Notes: generated by a model not told the origin, from the sequence alone. A stretch of DNA of 64,000 nucleotides from an uncultured Methylomirabilota bacterium (GCA_963845565.1 CAWJSJ010000002.1:1568001-1632000); one strand, 5' to 3'; counted from the stretch's first letter, positions 19,829 to 30,817 are shown. Numbers and translations are program-made.

Positions 19829-21090
19829 GGCTGACGGCTCGCGCTCGGCGGCGGATGCGGGTGGCGCGGGGCGGCGACCCACATCATCGCGGGGGCGATG
19901 ATCGCGTTGACCAAGGCCACCCAGAGCGCCCAGGTGTAGCTCCCGGTCCAGTCGAAGATCTTGCCTGCTCCCCAGGAGCCGAGCGCCGCGCCGAGGCACA
20001 GCAGCATGTGCAGGGAGCCGAAGATGGTCGAAAACCCCGGCCCGCCGAAGAGGTCGCTGGCCGCCGCCGGCGTCAGTGGCGCGGTCCCGGCGTACCCCAG
20101 TCCGATCAGGACGGCGTAGAGATAGGGCAGCAGCGTGGTCGGATACCACCCGGCCAACACCAGGGCTCCCACGCTGGCCGCGGTGCAGGTGAAGGAGAAG
20201 GTGTAGGCCAGCTCCCGTCCGGTCCGGTCCGAGAGCGATCCCCAGACGATCTTGCCCACGATGCTGGCCGCCCCCACGACGCCGCCCACCGCCGCTGCCG
20301 CGAGGGCGGAGACGCCGTGGTCCACCAGGAAGGCGACTTGATGGACCAGGAGCATCTGCGTGACGACGTTCCCGGTGAAAAAGACCGCGGCGAGGGCCCA
20401 GTAGCGCCCATCACGAAGCGCCAGCGCCAGCGTCCAATGCGTCGGCGGTTGCGAGATTCCCCGTGCGGTGTCGGCCGTGACCGGCGCCTCGAGAGACACG
20501 GGGTCGCGCACCAGCCAGAAGGTGGCGGGCAAGACCCAGCCGACGATCAGGACGGCCAGAATCCGGAAGGCCCAGCGCCAGCCCACCCAGCCAATGAGGT
20601 ATTGGGCAAGTGGGACCAGGCCGGAGATCCCGATGCCGATCCCCGCCGAGGCAATGCCCACCGCGGTGCCGACCTGGGAGGGGAACCACCCCCGCACGCA
20701 GAAGACCGACGGCAGCCATCCAGACATGCTGATTCCGGCGGCCGTGACGATGCCGAAGGCAAGGTACAGGTGCCACCAGGCTTGCGTCTCCGCCGCGAGG
20801 AGGAGCCCGCCGCCCAGGAGTAGCGTGCCGCACAGGATCAGGCGTCGCGGCCCCGTGCGGGCGGCCACCCAGCCGATCATCGGGCTCAGCGAGCCGTGAA
20901 AGAGGACGAAGAGCGAGAAGCCGCCGGCCACCACCGACCGGCTCCAGCCGAAGTCCTTGAGCAGGGCCACCAGGAAGACGGAATAAGAGTACCAGGCCCC
21001 GTACACCATGGCGAGGTTGACGAAGAGGGCCCACAAAATGATCCAGCGGCGCCGCTGCGTTGTTTCTATCGCGTTGCGAGTGGGTCCCAC
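19825..21090 (-). CDS. MFS transporter (OFA/MCT-like), paralogue 2
   Basis: Same motifs; GTG start at 21090 inferred from upstream GGAG. Confidence 0.86.
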   Translation of the reverse strand: MGPTRNAIETTQRRRWIILWALFVNLAMVYGAWYSYSVFLVALLKDFGWSRSVVAGGFSLFVLFHGSLSPMIGWVAARTGPRRLILCGTLLLGGGLLLAAETQAWWHLYLAFGIVTAAGISMSGWLPSVFCVRGWFPSQVGTAVGIASAGIGIGISGLVPLAQYLIGWVGWRWAFRILAVLIVGWVLPATFWLVRDPVSLEAPVTADTARGISQPPTHWTLALALRDGRYWALAAVFFTGNVVTQMLLVHQVAFLVDHGVSALAAAAVGGVVGAASIVGKIVWGSLSDRTGRELAYTFSFTCTAASVGALVLAGWYPTTLLPYLYAVLIGLGYAGTAPLTPAAASDLFGGPGFSTIFGSLHMLLCLGAALGSWGAGKIFDWTGSYTWALWVALVNAIIAPAMMWVAAPRHPHPPPSASRQP

Positions 21091-21175
21091 GTCTCGTGCA
21101 CTCCCGCCGCACACGTTCACGGGTCGCGGCGCACCGTAAGGGTCAGACGCGCGCGAGGACCCGCGCGATGCGTTC

Positions 21176-22432
21176 TCAGCCGCGACCCGCCGCCCGCCGT
21201 GGGGCAACGCTCCACATCAGCAGGGGCGACAGCACCGCCATGGCAAGCCCCAACCAGAGGGCTCCGGCGTAGCTCCCGCTGGCGTCGAAGATCAGCCCGG
21301 CGCTCCAGGTCCCGGTGGCGAGGCCGAGGCCACCAACCGTGTATATGGTGCTGAAGATCATCGAAAAGCCCGGACCGGCGAACAGGTCATGAGCAACAGC
21401 GGGCAGCAGGGGCGCCATGGCCGCATAACCGATGCCGATGAGGACGGCGTACAGGTGCGGGAAATAGGATGTCGGATACCAGCCGGCCAGGACCAACCCC
21501 CCGATGCTGGCGGCCACAAACGCGAAGGCGAGGCCGTATGCCAGCGGCCGGGTGGTCCGATCGGAGAGCGCGCCCCAGCCGATTTTCCCGCCGATACTGA
21601 CCAGCCCGACGGCTCCTCCAAGAGCTGCCGCGATCATGACGGGCACGCCGTGATCCACCAGGTAGGCCACCTGGTGGATCAAGAGCATCTGCGTGACGAA
21701 GTTGCCCGTGAAGTAGACGCCAGCCACCCCCCAGAACTGCCACGTTCGGACGGCGCCGGCGAGGGTCCAGTATCCAACCCTCGATCCCCCGCGCTCACCG
21801 TGCTTGGAGAAGGCGCCACCGACTTTGGGCTGATCGATGGGCGGCGGATCGCGAACCAGACATAGCGTCGCGGGCAGCACCCAGCCGACGACCGCCACCG
21901 CCAGGATGCGATAGGCCCAGCGCCAGCCGAACATTTCGATGAGCAGTTGGGCCAGAGGGATCAGCGCAAAGATGCTCACGCCGATGCCGCTTCCCATGAT
22001 ACCGATTGCCGTTCCGTATCGATTCGGGAACCAGCCGCCCACGAGGACGACCGACGGGATCCATCCAGCCAGGCTCATAGCGACAGCCGCGAGGATCCCG
22101 AATGCCAGGTAGAGGTGCCACCATTGCGTGGTTTCCGCCATGAGGAACATCGCGGTACCCATCAGCAGAGCGCCGGCGATGGTCAGGCGTCGTGGTCCAT
22201 ACCACCGCAGCAGCCACCCGATAACCGGCCCGAGGAGGCCGTGCACCATCACAAAGGTCGAGAAGGCACCCGATACGAGGGAGCGGCTCCAACCAAATTC
22301 GCGCAGGAAGGTGACCAGAAAGACCGAATAGCCATACCAGACGCCGTACATAAGGATCGTCGTGATGAAGGTCACGGCGAGGACGATCCAGCCGCGTTTG
22401 GCAGGGTGGGACACGCTAGGATCGAGCGGCAT
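21176..22432 (-). CDS. MFS transporter (OFA/MCT-like), paralogue 1
   Basis: RGWIVL, FGWSRS, HQVAYLVDHG, G.LSDR; about 12 TM. Confidence 0.9.
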   Translation of the reverse strand: MPLDPSVSHPAKRGWIVLAVTFITTILMYGVWYGYSVFLVTFLREFGWSRSLVSGAFSTFVMVHGLLGPVIGWLLRWYGPRRLTIAGALLMGTAMFLMAETTQWWHLYLAFGILAAVAMSLAGWIPSVVLVGGWFPNRYGTAIGIMGSGIGVSIFALIPLAQLLIEMFGWRWAYRILAVAVVGWVLPATLCLVRDPPPIDQPKVGGAFSKHGERGGSRVGYWTLAGAVRTWQFWGVAGVYFTGNFVTQMLLIHQVAYLVDHGVPVMIAAALGGAVGLVSIGGKIGWGALSDRTTRPLAYGLAFAFVAASIGGLVLAGWYPTSYFPHLYAVLIGIGYAAMAPLLPAVAHDLFAGPGFSMIFSTIYTVGGLGLATGTWSAGLIFDASGSYAGALWLGLAMAVLSPLLMWSVAPRRAAGRG

Positions 22433-22704
22433 CAGGGGTGAAATCCTCCGGCGTTTATCAGATCAAAACAATATATCATGAATCAAATCCCGAACAATGT
22501 CGAGCAACGGGGTGGAATTGATCGCCTGACCAGACGCCGTCGGTCTTTCCAGGGAGCGCCACGCCGAGAGGCAGCGAGCCCTCCAAGGGGGGTGCGCGGT
22601 CGCGTTGCCCGCGCGAAGCCTCTGGAAACTCCTCGCTTTTTACCGACTGCGCGGATTAGAATACACGCTATGTGTGCCCGACAGCAGCCTCAGGAAGCGC
22701 AGCG

Positions 22705-24657
22705 GTGACCCGCCTGGTCAAGTGGGGTGGCATCGTCCTCGGCGGGCTCCTGCTGCTGGCGGTCCTGGCCGCGGCAGTGTTGCCCTCGCTGGTGAACCTG
22801 GAGCGGTATCGCACCCTCCTGGCCCAGCGGGTCGGCAAGACGCTGGGTCGCGAGGTGACCCTGGGCGCTCTGCGGATCAGCCTGTGGCGGGGAGTCGGCG
22901 CCGAGGTCGAAGGCATCCAGGTCGGACAGGCGCCCGGGTTCGGCGCCGAACCGCTGCTGTCCGCGGAGGCCCTCCGGGTCAGCGTCCAACTGCTTCCCCT
23001 CTTGCAGGGCCAGGTGAAGGTGACCAGCGCCGTGTTGGAGCGGCCCCGAGTTCGCCTCGTGCACGCCCAGGACGGACACTGGAGCGTGGACGACCTGTTC
23101 AAAGGCCCCGCTCCCCAGGGCCCGGCCCGGCCGCAGGTCGAGGGTACGCGCCCCGGGAAGGCGCCGCTCTTGGGGGGGCTCGTCCTGTCCCAGCTTGCCG
23201 TTCGGAACGGGGAAATCACCCTGGTGGAGCAGTCCCAGTCCGCCCCCGTCAGCGTGACCCTCGCCGACCTCGATCTCACCCTGCGGCAGAGCAGCCCCTC
23301 CGACCCGATCGAGCTTCGGTCGCGCGCCCGCCTCGCGGGGGCGGTGATCGGCCAGATCGAGGCGAAAGCCCAGATCGTCCTTGGGGATAGGAATGGCCCC
23401 AGCCTGGATGGGACCGCAACCCTCGCCGGCGTGGAGTTCAAGGCCTGGCAAGCCGTCCTGGGCGGAGGTCAGGACGGACCTCCCCTCAAGGGGCCCTTCT
23501 CCGGCGAGGTCCGCCTCGCCGGACCGCTGGCGCGCACCGCCTTCAGCGGCAGCCTGAACCTGAAACCGACGGGGATCCGGATCGGCGGCGCGTTCCAGAA
23601 GTCCGCCGGGGAGGATGCGCAGGTCACGTTCCAGGGGCAGCGCGAGGATCGAGGGCTCCGTTTCACCAAGTTATCGGTGGCCTTCCGGGATATGACGCTG
23701 GAGGGGACCGTGCACCTGCCCGATGTCAGGGTTCCCCGGATCACCTTCACGGCCGCGTCGCCCCAGCTGCGCCTGGACCGATTGCTGGCGCCCGGGCCGG
23801 CCCCGCAGACCCGGACATCGTCGGGCCTGGCCTGGGCGGCGGCCCCGAGTCCGGACGTGTCCGCATCGGGAGGTGCGGCCGGCCTGAGCGCCCAGGGACG
23901 GGTGAACGTGGGCGAGCTGACATATAAGGGGCTCACCTGGAGCGGTGTGGAGGTGGCCGTTCGGTATCGCGACGGCGTGCTGCAGCTGCCCGACATCCGG
24001 GCGACGTTTGTCCAAGGGACGGTGCGGGCGAAGGGCGAGGTGGACCTCCGGCCGAAGATCCCGCACGTGTCGCTCACGTCGCGCTTGGAGAAGGCGGCCA
24101 CCGAGCCCCTGGTCAAGGCGCTGGCGCTCGGCTCGTGGAAGCTGACGAGCGGCCTGGACTTCGACGGCCAGACGGAATTCGCGGGCCTGGCCTGGCCCGA
24201 CGCACTGGGGACCGCCAGCGGGAGCGGGGCGATCCTGCTGCGTCAAGGACGCCTCACCGATTACCGGCCGCTCGACCGGCTGGCAGAGGCGATCGGGCCA
24301 TTCCTGGCGGCGCAGGGGGTACATGTCCGTCTCAACGAGTTCGATCAGCTCGGCGGCCATTACACCCTGGACAAAGGCGTGGTCCGGACGACGGATCTCA
24401 CCCTCACCAAGCCGGAAGGAACGATCACCGCAGTCGGCGCGCTCGGCCTCTTGGATCTGAGCCTGGACTTCGACGTCGTGGCGAAGTTCGGCCGGGCGAC
24501 GATGGAGGCGAAGGTGACCGGCACCACGGCGCAGCCGGTCGTCGTGCCCAAGACGGCGCGGCTCCAGCGTCGCTTCGAGACCGAGCTCGACAAGATCCTG
24601 CCCGAGGGGCAAAGCCGCCCTCTCAAGGAACTCTTCAAGGGTTTGTTCGGTCGGTAG
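22705..24657 (+). CDS. AsmA family protein
   Basis: N-terminal TM anchor, LGREVTLG, LLPLLQGQV.V, beta-rich body, C-terminal VTGT..QP. Confidence 0.82.
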   Translation: MTRLVKWGGIVLGGLLLLAVLAAAVLPSLVNLERYRTLLAQRVGKTLGREVTLGALRISLWRGVGAEVEGIQVGQAPGFGAEPLLSAEALRVSVQLLPLLQGQVKVTSAVLERPRVRLVHAQDGHWSVDDLFKGPAPQGPARPQVEGTRPGKAPLLGGLVLSQLAVRNGEITLVEQSQSAPVSVTLADLDLTLRQSSPSDPIELRSRARLAGAVIGQIEAKAQIVLGDRNGPSLDGTATLAGVEFKAWQAVLGGGQDGPPLKGPFSGEVRLAGPLARTAFSGSLNLKPTGIRIGGAFQKSAGEDAQVTFQGQREDRGLRFTKLSVAFRDMTLEGTVHLPDVRVPRITFTAASPQLRLDRLLAPGPAPQTRTSSGLAWAAAPSPDVSASGGAAGLSAQGRVNVGELTYKGLTWSGVEVAVRYRDGVLQLPDIRATFVQGTVRAKGEVDLRPKIPHVSLTSRLEKAATEPLVKALALGSWKLTSGLDFDGQTEFAGLAWPDALGTASGSGAILLRQGRLTDYRPLDRLAEAIGPFLAAQGVHVRLNEFDQLGGHYTLDKGVVRTTDLTLTKPEGTITAVGALGLLDLSLDFDVVAKFGRATMEAKVTGTTAQPVVVPKTARLQRRFETELDKILPEGQSRPLKELFKGLFGR

Positions 24658-24673
24658 AGGACCTTCGCGCGCT

Positions 24674-25708
24674 ATGATCCTGGCGCTCGTCACCCCACAT
24701 TACTTCCCCTCGGTGCGTGGAAACTCCATCACGGTACAGCGGATCGAGTCCGGTCTGCGGGACCACGGGGTTGAGGTGCAGGTCTTCTCCCTGGACCGGC
24801 AGAACGAGGCCGGCATCCTGGCCGCCCTCCGGCACGCCCGGCCGGACGTGGTGCACGGGTTTCACGCCACCGCCTGCGGGCCGCTGATCGGCGAGGCCGC
24901 CCGCGCCCTGAACATCCCGTCGGTGATCACCCTGACCGGGACCGATGTCAATCTGGATCTGTTCGATCCCGCCCGGAGACCGCGGGTCCTGGAGACCCTC
25001 CAGGCGGCGCGGACGGTCGTGGCCTTCCACGACACGATCCGGGCCAAGGTGCGCCGGGAGGCGCCGGCGCTGGCCGGGAAGATCGAGGTCATCGGCCAGG
25101 CGGTGCTGTGCGATGGGTCCCGCTACGATCTGCGCACCGCGCTGGGGCTGCATCCCGGCGATTTCGTGTTCTTCCAGCCGGCCGGCATCCGGCGGGTCAA
25201 GAACATCCCCTTCGTCCTGTCACCGCTCATGGCGCTGCACCGGCGCTACCCGGACATGAAGTACGTCCTGGCCGGCCCCGTCATCGAGCCGGACGAGGCG
25301 GCGCGGGTGACGGAGTTGCTGCGGGACCTTCCCTGGGCGAGCTACCTCGGGGCGGTGGACCACGACCAGATCTGCGCCAGCCTATCGGCCGTGGAGGTGG
25401 CCATCAACTCCTCGCATTCGGAAGGCGGGATGTCCAATGCCGTCCTGGAGGCGATGAGCAAGGGGGTTCCGGTGTTGGCCTCCGACATCGAGGGGAATCG
25501 CTCCGTCATCGCGGACGGCGAGGACGGGTTCTTGTTCGGAACGGCGGCGGAGTTTCTGGCAAAGGCCGAGCGGCTACTGGATGACCCGGCGCTCCGCGCG
25601 GTCATGGGGCGCCGCGCCCGCGTGAAGATCGCGACACAGTTCCGGCTCGAGGGGGAGATCGGCAGGTATCTGGAGCTGTATCGCGGCCTGGTCATCGGGA
25701 GGGGCTAG
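24674..25708 (+). CDS. Glycosyltransferase family 4 (GT-B)
   Basis: NSSHSEGGMSNAVLEAM..GVPVLASDIEGN; N-terminal VTP...RGN..T..RI and ITLTGTD. Confidence 0.88.
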   Translation: MILALVTPHYFPSVRGNSITVQRIESGLRDHGVEVQVFSLDRQNEAGILAALRHARPDVVHGFHATACGPLIGEAARALNIPSVITLTGTDVNLDLFDPARRPRVLETLQAARTVVAFHDTIRAKVRREAPALAGKIEVIGQAVLCDGSRYDLRTALGLHPGDFVFFQPAGIRRVKNIPFVLSPLMALHRRYPDMKYVLAGPVIEPDEAARVTELLRDLPWASYLGAVDHDQICASLSAVEVAINSSHSEGGMSNAVLEAMSKGVPVLASDIEGNRSVIADGEDGFLFGTAAEFLAKAERLLDDPALRAVMGRRARVKIATQFRLEGEIGRYLELYRGLVIGRG

Positions 25709-25712
25709 ACGC

Positions 25713-26639
25713 ATGGACCTCAAGACGCTGGAGGTGTTCTGCCGAATCGTGGAGCTCAAGAGCTTCACCCGGGCGGCGGAGGCCGTCTCCCTCACCCAGC
25801 CGACCGTCAGCGAGCACATCAAGGATCTGGAAGGCGAGCTGGGCTTGCGCCTGCTGGATCGGGCAGGCCGCACGGTGACACCGACCCGGGCGGGCGCCAT
25901 CCTGCACACCTATGCCCGACGGATCCTGGGGTTGCGGGCGGAGGCGGAGCGGGCGATCCGAGAGCACAAGGGGGGACTGACGGGGGAGCTTGCGCTCGGG
26001 GGGAGCAACATCCCCGGGGCGTATCTCTTGCCGCCTCTCATCGCCCTGTTCAAGCGCGACCACCCGGACGCCGTGATCGCGCTGGCCATCAAGGGCTCGC
26101 GGGACATCGTCCGCGGCGTCGGCGACGGAAGTGTCGAGGTGGGCATGGTGGGGGCTCGTTTCGAGGAGGGGCGCGTCCACTACGAGCGGTACGCCGAGGA
26201 CGAGCTCGTGCTGGCGGTGCCGACGGACCACCCCTGGGCCGGCCGGAATGCCGTTCGGCTGCGCGACCTGCTCGGCGAGCCGATCGTCATGCGCGAGCGG
26301 GGATCGGGGACGCGGAAGGTCATGGAGGCCGCGCTGGCCGAGCACGGCTTGGACGGCGACCGGCTGCGGGTGGTCCTGGAGGTCACCAGCAACGAGGCGG
26401 TCCGGCAGGCCATGAAGGCCGGGGCGGGAGTCGCCGTGATCTCTCGGCGGGCCGTCGAGGACGACATCCGCTGCGGCCTGGTGTCCGCGGTCCGCTTTCA
26501 GGGGGTTCGGCTGGTCCGGGACGTCTTCCTGGTGACGCACCGGACCCGGTCGCGGTCGCCGCTGGGCACGGCGTTCGTGGCGTTTCTCCAGGCATCGGCG
26601 GGACCCGCGGCGGGACGCGCGGGAGCGAGCATCCTCTGA
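25713..26639 (+). CDS. LysR family transcriptional regulator (CysL-like)
   Basis: SFTRAAE...[27 protein letters not shown]. Confidence 0.92.
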   Translation: MDLKTLEVFCRIVELKSFTRAAEAVSLTQPTVSEHIKDLEGELGLRLLDRAGRTVTPTRAGAILHTYARRILGLRAEAERAIREHKGGLTGELALGGSNIPGAYLLPPLIALFKRDHPDAVIALAIKGSRDIVRGVGDGSVEVGMVGARFEEGRVHYERYAEDELVLAVPTDHPWAGRNAVRLRDLLGEPIVMRERGSGTRKVMEAALAEHGLDGDRLRVVLEVTSNEAVRQAMKAGAGVAVISRRAVEDDIRCGLVSAVRFQGVRLVRDVFLVTHRTRSRSPLGTAFVAFLQASAGPAAGRAGASIL

Positions 26640-26752
26640 CGGGGGTGCGGGTTGGCATCCGCGGGTGGCCTCGGTACGATCCATTATCCCTTGCATGCGG
26701 CGCGAGCCTCCACTATTCTGACTCTCCAATTCCCCTTCGGAGGAGACGTCCC

Positions 26753-28153
26753 ATGGCGTGGATGAAGGTGGTTGAGGCATTTCGGACGGCGGTGGGCACG
26801 CCGCTCACGGTCAAGGGGTGGGTGCGGAGCCGTCGCGACTCCAAGGCCGACGGCGGACTGTCGTTTCTCACGGTGCACGACGGGACGTGCCAGGACCCCA
26901 TCCAGGTGGTGGTTCGGCGTGACCTGCCCAACTACGAGAGCGAGGTCGTGCGACTGTCCACCGGCTGCGCGGTGGAGGTGGACGGGACACTGGTGGCGTC
27001 CCAGGGCAGCGGCCAGGTCGTGGAGCTGGCCGCGTCGGCCGTCCGAGTGGTGGGTTGGGTGGACGACCCCGATACCTACCCGATCAGCCCCAAGCGGCAC
27101 AGCTTCGAGTACCTGCGCGAGGTGGCCCACCTGCGCGTCCGGACCAACACCTTCGGGGCGGTGGCGCGCGTCCGGCATACCCTCGCGGCCGCGATCCATC
27201 GCTTCTTCGACGAGCGGGATTTCTATTACGTCCACACGCCGATCATCACCGCCTCGGATTGCGAGGGGGCGGGCCAGATGTTCCGGGTGAGCACGCTGGA
27301 CTTCGTCAACCTGCCCCGGACCGAGACGGGTGGGGTGGACTTCGGTCAGGACTTCTTCGGCAAGGAAGCCCGGCTGACCGTCTCGGGCCAGCTCAACGTC
27401 GAGACCTACTGCTGTGCGCTGACACGGGTGTACACCTTCGGGCCGACCTTCCGCGCGGAGAACAGCAACACCAGCCGCCATCTCTCGGAGTTCTGGATGA
27501 TCGAACCCGAGATCGCCTTCGGGGACCTCGCGGACAACGCCCAGCTGGCCGAGGATATGCTGAAGTACTTGTTCGACGATCTGCTCACCCGGCGGCCCGA
27601 CGACATGGCGTTCTTCGACCTCCGGATCGAGAAGGGAGTTGTGGACCGCTTGAAGCACGTGATCCAGAGCCCTTTCCGGCGGCTGAGCTACACCGACGCC
27701 GTCGAGATCCTGCGGAAGTCGGGGCGGACCTTCGAGTTTCCGGTGGCGTGGGGCACCGACCTGCAGAGCGAGCACGAGCGGTTCCTGACCGAGGAGCATT
27801 TCAAGCAGCCGGTCATCCTCACGGATTACCCGAAGCAGATCAAGGCGTTCTACATGCGCATGAACGACGACGGCAAGACGGTGGCCGCCATGGACGTCTT
27901 GGTCCCGAAGATCGGCGAGATCATCGGCGGCTCCCAGCGCGAGGAGCGCCTGGAGGTGCTCGACCGGCGGATCGACGAGATGGGGCTCCGGAAACCCGAC
28001 TACTGGTGGTATCGCGACTTGCGGCGGTTCGGCACCGTCCCTCACGCCGGGTTCGGGCTGGGCTTCGAGCGCCTGGTCCAGTTCTGCACCGGGATGACCA
28101 ACATTCGCGATGTCATTCCGTTTCCCCGGGCGCCGCGGCAGGCGGAGTTCTAG
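26753..28153 (+). CDS. asnS: Asparagine--tRNA ligase
   Basis: [50 protein letters not shown]. Confidence 0.97.
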   Translation: MAWMKVVEAFRTAVGTPLTVKGWVRSRRDSKADGGLSFLTVHDGTCQDPIQVVVRRDLPNYESEVVRLSTGCAVEVDGTLVASQGSGQVVELAASAVRVVGWVDDPDTYPISPKRHSFEYLREVAHLRVRTNTFGAVARVRHTLAAAIHRFFDERDFYYVHTPIITASDCEGAGQMFRVSTLDFVNLPRTETGGVDFGQDFFGKEARLTVSGQLNVETYCCALTRVYTFGPTFRAENSNTSRHLSEFWMIEPEIAFGDLADNAQLAEDMLKYLFDDLLTRRPDDMAFFDLRIEKGVVDRLKHVIQSPFRRLSYTDAVEILRKSGRTFEFPVAWGTDLQSEHERFLTEEHFKQPVILTDYPKQIKAFYMRMNDDGKTVAAMDVLVPKIGEIIGGSQREERLEVLDRRIDEMGLRKPDYWWYRDLRRFGTVPHAGFGLGFERLVQFCTGMTNIRDVIPFPRAPRQAEF

Positions 28154-28299
28154 GCGGCCGCTGAAAACGGCCCATCTGCGGTGACCCATCCTGCGGATGG
28201 GTACCCCGCTTGCTCGGGCACTCGTTGCGGCGTACCCAGTGTACGCCTCACTCGGCCCATCGCGCGCCGCCTGGCATCTGGACCGCTTTGAGCGGCCTT
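28154..28299 (+). mobile_element. Family A element (outer end missing)
   Basis: GCGGCCGCTGAAAA directly after the asnS TAG; one hairpin insert. Confidence 0.78.
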
Positions 28300-28405
28300 G
28301 CGGAACAGGCGCAGAGGCGTGGAGGAGCGGGGGGCGCAAGGCAAAACGGCCAACCGACAACCGACAATGGACAGCATGGGTCGGTTTTCGATTGGAGGGG
28401 GAGCG

Positions 28406-29116
28406 GTGGAGCACATTCAGGAAGAGAGGTTGGATATCCGGGAGCGCGGGGCGGGGCAGCAGGTGTCCACCCGACGGCTCTTCGTCCAGCTCCAGGTCTT
28501 CAGTGGCTGCGCGGACGCCCGGCCGCTAATCTCCGCCCTGGAGCGGAGCGAAATCGAGGCGGTGCTCTACCTCGATGTCAACGACCCGCGCGGCGTCGGA
28601 GTCTTGGCCCTCAGCGAGGACCCTAACCTGTTCGTGACCGGCGTGCGGGACTTCTTCAACCTGCCCCCGTTCGCGGCACTCGCGCACCGGCCGGAGTTCA
28701 CCATGCTCGGTCGGACGTACGCCTCCGGCCATGAAGTGGATCTGGCGGACTGGCTGTTGGCGCGGCCGCGGCGTGTTCTGGCCGATCCCGCGCTCGCTTG
28801 GGCCGTTTGGTATCCGCTGCGGCGGACCGGCGCCTTCGCGCGCCTCGCGCCCAAGGAGCAGGGGGCCATCCTCCGGGAGCACGGGATCATCGGGCGGGCC
28901 TACGGAGACGCCGGGCTGGCCCACGACATCCGCCTGGTCTGCAACGGCTTGGATGCGAATGACAACGACTTCGTCCTCGGGCTGATCGGCCCCGATCTGT
29001 ACCCGCTCTCCCATCTCGTCCAGAGCATGCGCAAGACGATCCAGACCTCCGAGTACATCGAGAAGCTCGGCCCCTTCTTCGTCGGCCGCGCCTGCTGGCA
29101 GCACACCGCAGGGTAG
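28406..29116 (+). CDS. Chlorite dismutase / coproheme decarboxylase (ChdC/HemQ) family heme protein
   Basis: WYPLRR, LREHG..G, GLD..D.DF, MRKT, GPFFVG. Confidence 0.8.
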   Translation: MEHIQEERLDIRERGAGQQVSTRRLFVQLQVFSGCADARPLISALERSEIEAVLYLDVNDPRGVGVLALSEDPNLFVTGVRDFFNLPPFAALAHRPEFTMLGRTYASGHEVDLADWLLARPRRVLADPALAWAVWYPLRRTGAFARLAPKEQGAILREHGIIGRAYGDAGLAHDIRLVCNGLDANDNDFVLGLIGPDLYPLSHLVQSMRKTIQTSEYIEKLGPFFVGRACWQHTAG

Positions 29117-29295
29117 CCTGTTGGATCGGTAGTCCTCACAAATATTCCCGGCCCGGTGGACGCTCCTCCGACGCCGGGTGCCTGCACCCACCCTGCGGTC
29201 GAGTGCCCGATGTCGGCTCGCCCGTACCCCGGGTCGGTCCGCTCAGAAGCGGAACTCCGTGCCGGCGGGTACCCAGCCCCAGGCTAACTGCGGAA

Positions 29296-29499
29296 AGCCG
29301 GGTACCCGTCCGAAGGATGGGTCCCCGCAGATGGGCCCTTTTCAGCAACGCTTAGTGGAAAACCGCCTTTCGCCCAGGCCGCTCAAAACGGCTCCGATGC
29401 AAGGCGGCCCGCCAAAGGCTGAGCGAGACGTACTCCAGGTACGTCGCAGCGAGTGCCGAGGCGGGACAACGCCGCAGGTGGGCCGTTTTCAGCGGCCTG
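29296..29499 (-). mobile_element. Family A element (about 29355-29499) plus adjacent partial copy (about 29296-29351)
   Basis: Reverse CAGGCCGCTGAAAA abuts the glgC TAA; second head fragment follows TTAG. Confidence 0.75.
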
Positions 29500-30807
29500 T
29501 TAGATCACCGTGCCGTGGGGAATGACCACGTCCTTCGGGATGATGACGATGCCGTCGCGGATGAAGTAGAGGGGATGATCCACCGACTCGGGCTTGCCGT
29601 ACGGCGTGATCACGCAATGGTCGCCGATGCGGGCGTTCTTGTCGATGATGGCGGAATCCACGCGGGTGTACTTGCCGATCCCGATGCGCGGGCGGTTTTC
29701 GACCGCGTTGCTGCTGAGCGACTCCTCCGATTCGTAGTAGTCGGACCCCATCATCACCGTGCGCGTGATATGGCTACCGATATCCACCAGGGACCGGACC
29801 CCGATGACGCTCCGGGAAACGTGGCAGTGGCTGATGATGCAGCCGTCGGAGATGATGGCGTGGTCAATGGAGGCGCCGTTGATCTTGGAGGCCGGCAGGA
29901 AGCGCAGGCGCGTATAGATGGGGGCGCTCATATCGAAGAAGTTGAACCGCGGCAGCTCCGCGGCCAGGTCCAGGTTGGCCTCGTAGAACGAACGGATGGT
30001 CCCGATGTCTTCCCAGTAGCCCTGAAAGACATGAGAAAAGACGCGACGGTCCAGGATGGCCTGGGGGATGATGTGCTTGCCGAAGTCCGCCAACGAGTTG
30101 TCGAGGAGCTCGAACAGTACCGCGCGATTGAACAGGTAGATGCCCATCGAGGCGAGGAAGTATTCCTGTTCGTCTGGGATGCCGAGTTGGGCGTACGAGG
30201 CATGATCGAGTCTGAGACTATCGAGGAGGTCGGGCTCTTTGGGCTTCTCCACGAAGCGGACGATCCGCCGCTCGGCATCGGTGTGCATGATGCCCAGCGA
30301 TTGGGCGGCGCTCCGGCTCACCGGGATGGTGGAGATGGTGAGGTCGGCCTTCGCCTCGACGTGCTCCGCCAGGATTCTCCGATAATCCATCCGGTAGAGC
30401 TGATCGCCGCTCAGGATCAAGGCGTAATCGAAGTCGGCGCCGCGGAAGTGGATCAGATTCTTTCGCACGGCGTCCGCGGTGCCCTGGTACCACGAGGCGT
30501 CGGTGTGGCTCTGCTCGGCCGCCAGGATCTCCACAAAGCCCGGGGAGAAGTGATCGAACTTGAACGATCCGTACACGTGCCGGTGGAGCGAGGCGGAGAG
30601 GAACTGGGTGAGCAGGTAGATCCGCCGCATGCCGGAGTTGATGCTGTTGGAGATGGGGATGTCCACCAGCCGATACTTGCCCGCCAGGGGTACGGCCGGC
30701 TTGGCGCGCTCGCGGGTGAGGGGAAAGAGGCGGGCCCCCTGGCCACCCCCCATGATGATGGTGAGCACTCGGCTCGGATCGGCAGCATGACGCAGGGTGG
30801 CGGGCAT
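29500..30807 (-). CDS. glgC: Glucose-1-phosphate adenylyltransferase
   Basis: GGGQGARLFPLT..RAKPAVP, WYQGTADAVR, LSGDQLYRMDY, FVEKP, YWEDIGT. Confidence 0.96.
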   Translation of the reverse strand: MPATLRHAADPSRVLTIIMGGGQGARLFPLTRERAKPAVPLAGKYRLVDIPISNSINSGMRRIYLLTQFLSASLHRHVYGSFKFDHFSPGFVEILAAEQSHTDASWYQGTADAVRKNLIHFRGADFDYALILSGDQLYRMDYRRILAEHVEAKADLTISTIPVSRSAAQSLGIMHTDAERRIVRFVEKPKEPDLLDSLRLDHASYAQLGIPDEQEYFLASMGIYLFNRAVLFELLDNSLADFGKHIIPQAILDRRVFSHVFQGYWEDIGTIRSFYEANLDLAAELPRFNFFDMSAPIYTRLRFLPASKINGASIDHAIISDGCIISHCHVSRSVIGVRSLVDIGSHITRTVMMGSDYYESEESLSSNAVENRPRIGIGKYTRVDSAIIDKNARIGDHCVITPYGKPESVDHPLYFIRDGIVIIPKDVVIPHGTVI

Positions 30808-30817
30808 GGCGGCCTCC

